Source: an uncultured Anaerolineaceae bacterium (GTDB taxonomy: Bacteria > Chloroflexota > Anaerolineae > Anaerolineales > Anaerolineaceae). Taken from it: 26,103 nucleotides of DNA. The notes beneath the pieces are model-generated. The model saw nothing but the letters and a program-made list of their open reading frames with translations. It ran no database searches and was not told the origin of the DNA. The stretch is from NCBI GenBank assembly GCA_964444335.1, contig CAYUGV010000005.1, positions 1 to 26,103 on the forward strand, read 5' to 3'. A program made the translations under genes and the position numbers. Below, piece after piece: positions 24,938-26,103 of this stretch (within the stretch, counting starts at the first letter, position 1; each line of letters opens with the position of its first letter).

Positions 24938-25399
24938 ATGAAAAAATTTGTCGCTGAATTTAAGGAATTTATCACCAAAGGCAACGCGCTCGATTTGGCT
25001 ATTGGCGTTGTCATCGGCGGCGCCTTCGGCGCTATTGTCAAGTCGTTGGTTGAAGACCTGATCATGCCCATCATTGGCGTGTTCCTGGGCAAGGTTAATT
25101 TTGCCGACCTCTTCATCCAATTGAACAAGGCAACTGTAACTATTCCTGCGGGCACCACTTTGGCTGCCGCCAGGGAAGCAGGCGCTGTGGTCTTTGCATA
25201 TGGCAATTTCATCATGGCCATCATCAACTTCCTGATCATCGCTTTCGTCATTTTCCTGCTTGTCAAAGCCATCAATAAAGCCCGCAAACCAGCAGAAGTC
25301 CCTGCTGCAGCTCCTACAACCAAGATCTGCCCCTTCTGCAAGACTGAGATCCCGCTCGAAGCAACCCGTTGCCCTCACTGCACATCCCAGTTATCTTAA
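24938..25399 (+). CDS. mscL: Large-conductance mechanosensitive channel MscL with C-terminal zinc ribbon
   Basis: [49 protein letters not shown]. Tail [29 protein letters not shown] at 24910-24915. Confidence 0.96.
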   Translation: MKKFVAEFKEFITKGNALDLAIGVVIGGAFGAIVKSLVEDLIMPIIGVFLGKVNFADLFIQLNKATVTIPAGTTLAAAREAGAVVFAYGNFIMAIINFLIIAFVIFLLVKAINKARKPAEVPAAAPTTKICPFCKTEIPLEATRCPHCTSQLS

Positions 25400-25413
25400 T
25401 GACATCAGATATC

Positions 25414-25443
25414 AAAAAAGCTGTCCTGCCGGACAGCTTTTTT
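25414..25443 (+). terminator. Intrinsic (potentially bidirectional) terminator after mscL
   Basis: AAAAAAGCTGTCC-tgcc-GGACAGCTTTTTT: a perfect stem with A/U tracts on both sides. Confidence 0.88.
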
Positions 25444-25453
25444 GATTCAGGCA

Positions 25454-25462
25454 TGCTACAAT
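25454..25462 (+). promoter_or_regulatory. Extended -10 (TGnTACAAT) 6 nt upstream of the methyltransferase ATG; probable leaderless transcript
   Basis: TG-C-TACAAT-ttgcag-ATG, with no SD. Confidence 0.55.
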
Positions 25463-25468
25463 TTGCAG

Positions 25469-26103
25469 ATGCAAAATCAAATCCACTTTGGCGATAATTT
25501 GCCTTTCTTACAAAATCTACCGGGCAATTCAATCGATCTGATCTATATTGATCCACCGTTCAACACTGGTAAGCTGCAGTCACGCAGGCAGCTCAAAACC
25601 ACCCGTTCGGACTCGGGTGATCGGATCGGTTTTGGGGATCAAAGCTACAGCACTGAGGTCATCGCTACGCGGGATTATCGCGACAGTTTCAAGGATTACC
25701 GTGCCTTTCTTGAACCCAGGCTGTTGGAAGCCTACCGGATTCTCAAGCAATCTGGCAGTTTGTATTTCCATATCGATTTTCGAGAGGCGCATTACTGCAA
25801 AATTTTGCTGGATGAGATCTTTGGGCGGGAAAACTTCCTGAACGAGATCATCTGGGCGTACGATTTCGGTGGCCGGGCTAAAGACCGCTGGCCTGCCAAG
25901 CACGACAACATCTTTTTCTACGTAAAAGATGCGCATAATTACACCTTCAACAGGCAGGATATCGACCGCATCCCATACATGGCTCCCGGTTTGGTGGGGG
26001 AGGAAAAGGCAAAGAAGGGCAAACTTCCCACAGACACCTGGTGGCATACGATCGTAGGCACCAACAGCAAGGAAAAAACTGGTTATCCGACCCAAAAACC
26101 CCT
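25469..26103 (+). CDS. Beta-class N6-adenine/N4-cytosine DNA methyltransferase (partial; runs off the window; missing from ORF track)
   Basis: Manual translation: MQNQIHFGDNLPFLQNLPGNSIDLIYIDPPFNTG...LEPRLLEAYRILKQSGSLYFHIDFREAHYCKILLDEIFGRENFLNEIIWAY...KHDNIFFY...PTDTWW...EKTGYPTQKP. Catalytic DPPF comes first and the YPTQKP motif precedes the expected SAM-binding FxGxG. Confidence 0.93.
   Translation, partial: MQNQIHFGDNLPFLQNLPGNSIDLIYIDPPFNTGKLQSRRQLKTTRSDSGDRIGFGDQSYSTEVIATRDYRDSFKDYRAFLEPRLLEAYRILKQSGSLYFHIDFREAHYCKILLDEIFGRENFLNEIIWAYDFGGRAKDRWPAKHDNIFFYVKDAHNYTFNRQDIDRIPYMAPGLVGEEKAKKGKLPTDTWWHTIVGTNSKEKTGYPTQKP

Noticed and set aside
24820-25341. 173-aa and 157-aa minus-strand ORFs
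   Set aside because: They are antisense to the clearly real mscL.
25580-26095. 171-aa minus-strand ORF offered by the ORF track
   Set aside because: It is the shadow of the plus-strand DNA methyltransferase, which the track missed because it has no stop inside the window.
1-26103. CRISPR arrays, IS elements, prophage or integrase genes, rRNA
   Set aside because: I saw no regularly spaced repeats, transposase/integrase motifs, terminal inverted repeats or obvious compositional break.

Overview
Chromosomal, gene-dense window with no mobile element, CRISPR array or RNA gene that I can support. The protein families suggest an anaerobic Chloroflexota (Anaerolineae-like) host; this is inference. 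Left arm (1-14586): an unbroken minus-strand run of 12 genes with no visible intrinsic terminator, read folD > 8-oxoguanine deaminase-family amidohydrolase > carbamate kinase > ThrC-like PLP enzyme > GT2 glycosyltransferase > 489-aa PLP enzyme > small PUA-like protein > dihydropyrimidinase/hydantoinase > three degenerate NuoL/HyfE/NuoN-like membrane proteins > 397-aa coiled-coil protein > selB. selB is partial and absent from the ORF track. Right arm: udk, DedA/VTT, rsmG, a TIM-barrel-like hypothetical, then pth-mfd-yabE-like-rsmA on the minus strand, an acidic membrane protein, mscL with a C-terminal zinc ribbon, and a partial beta-class DNA methyltransferase also absent from the ORF track. 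The two best candidates for undescribed biology are (1) a variant anaerobic nucleobase-catabolism cluster with two uncharacterised PLP enzymes where a YgeX-type enzyme would be expected, and (2) an orphan three-subunit complex I/Mrp-like membrane module whose proton-path lysines are substituted and which has no redox partner in the window. All family calls come from motif recognition, not database searches.
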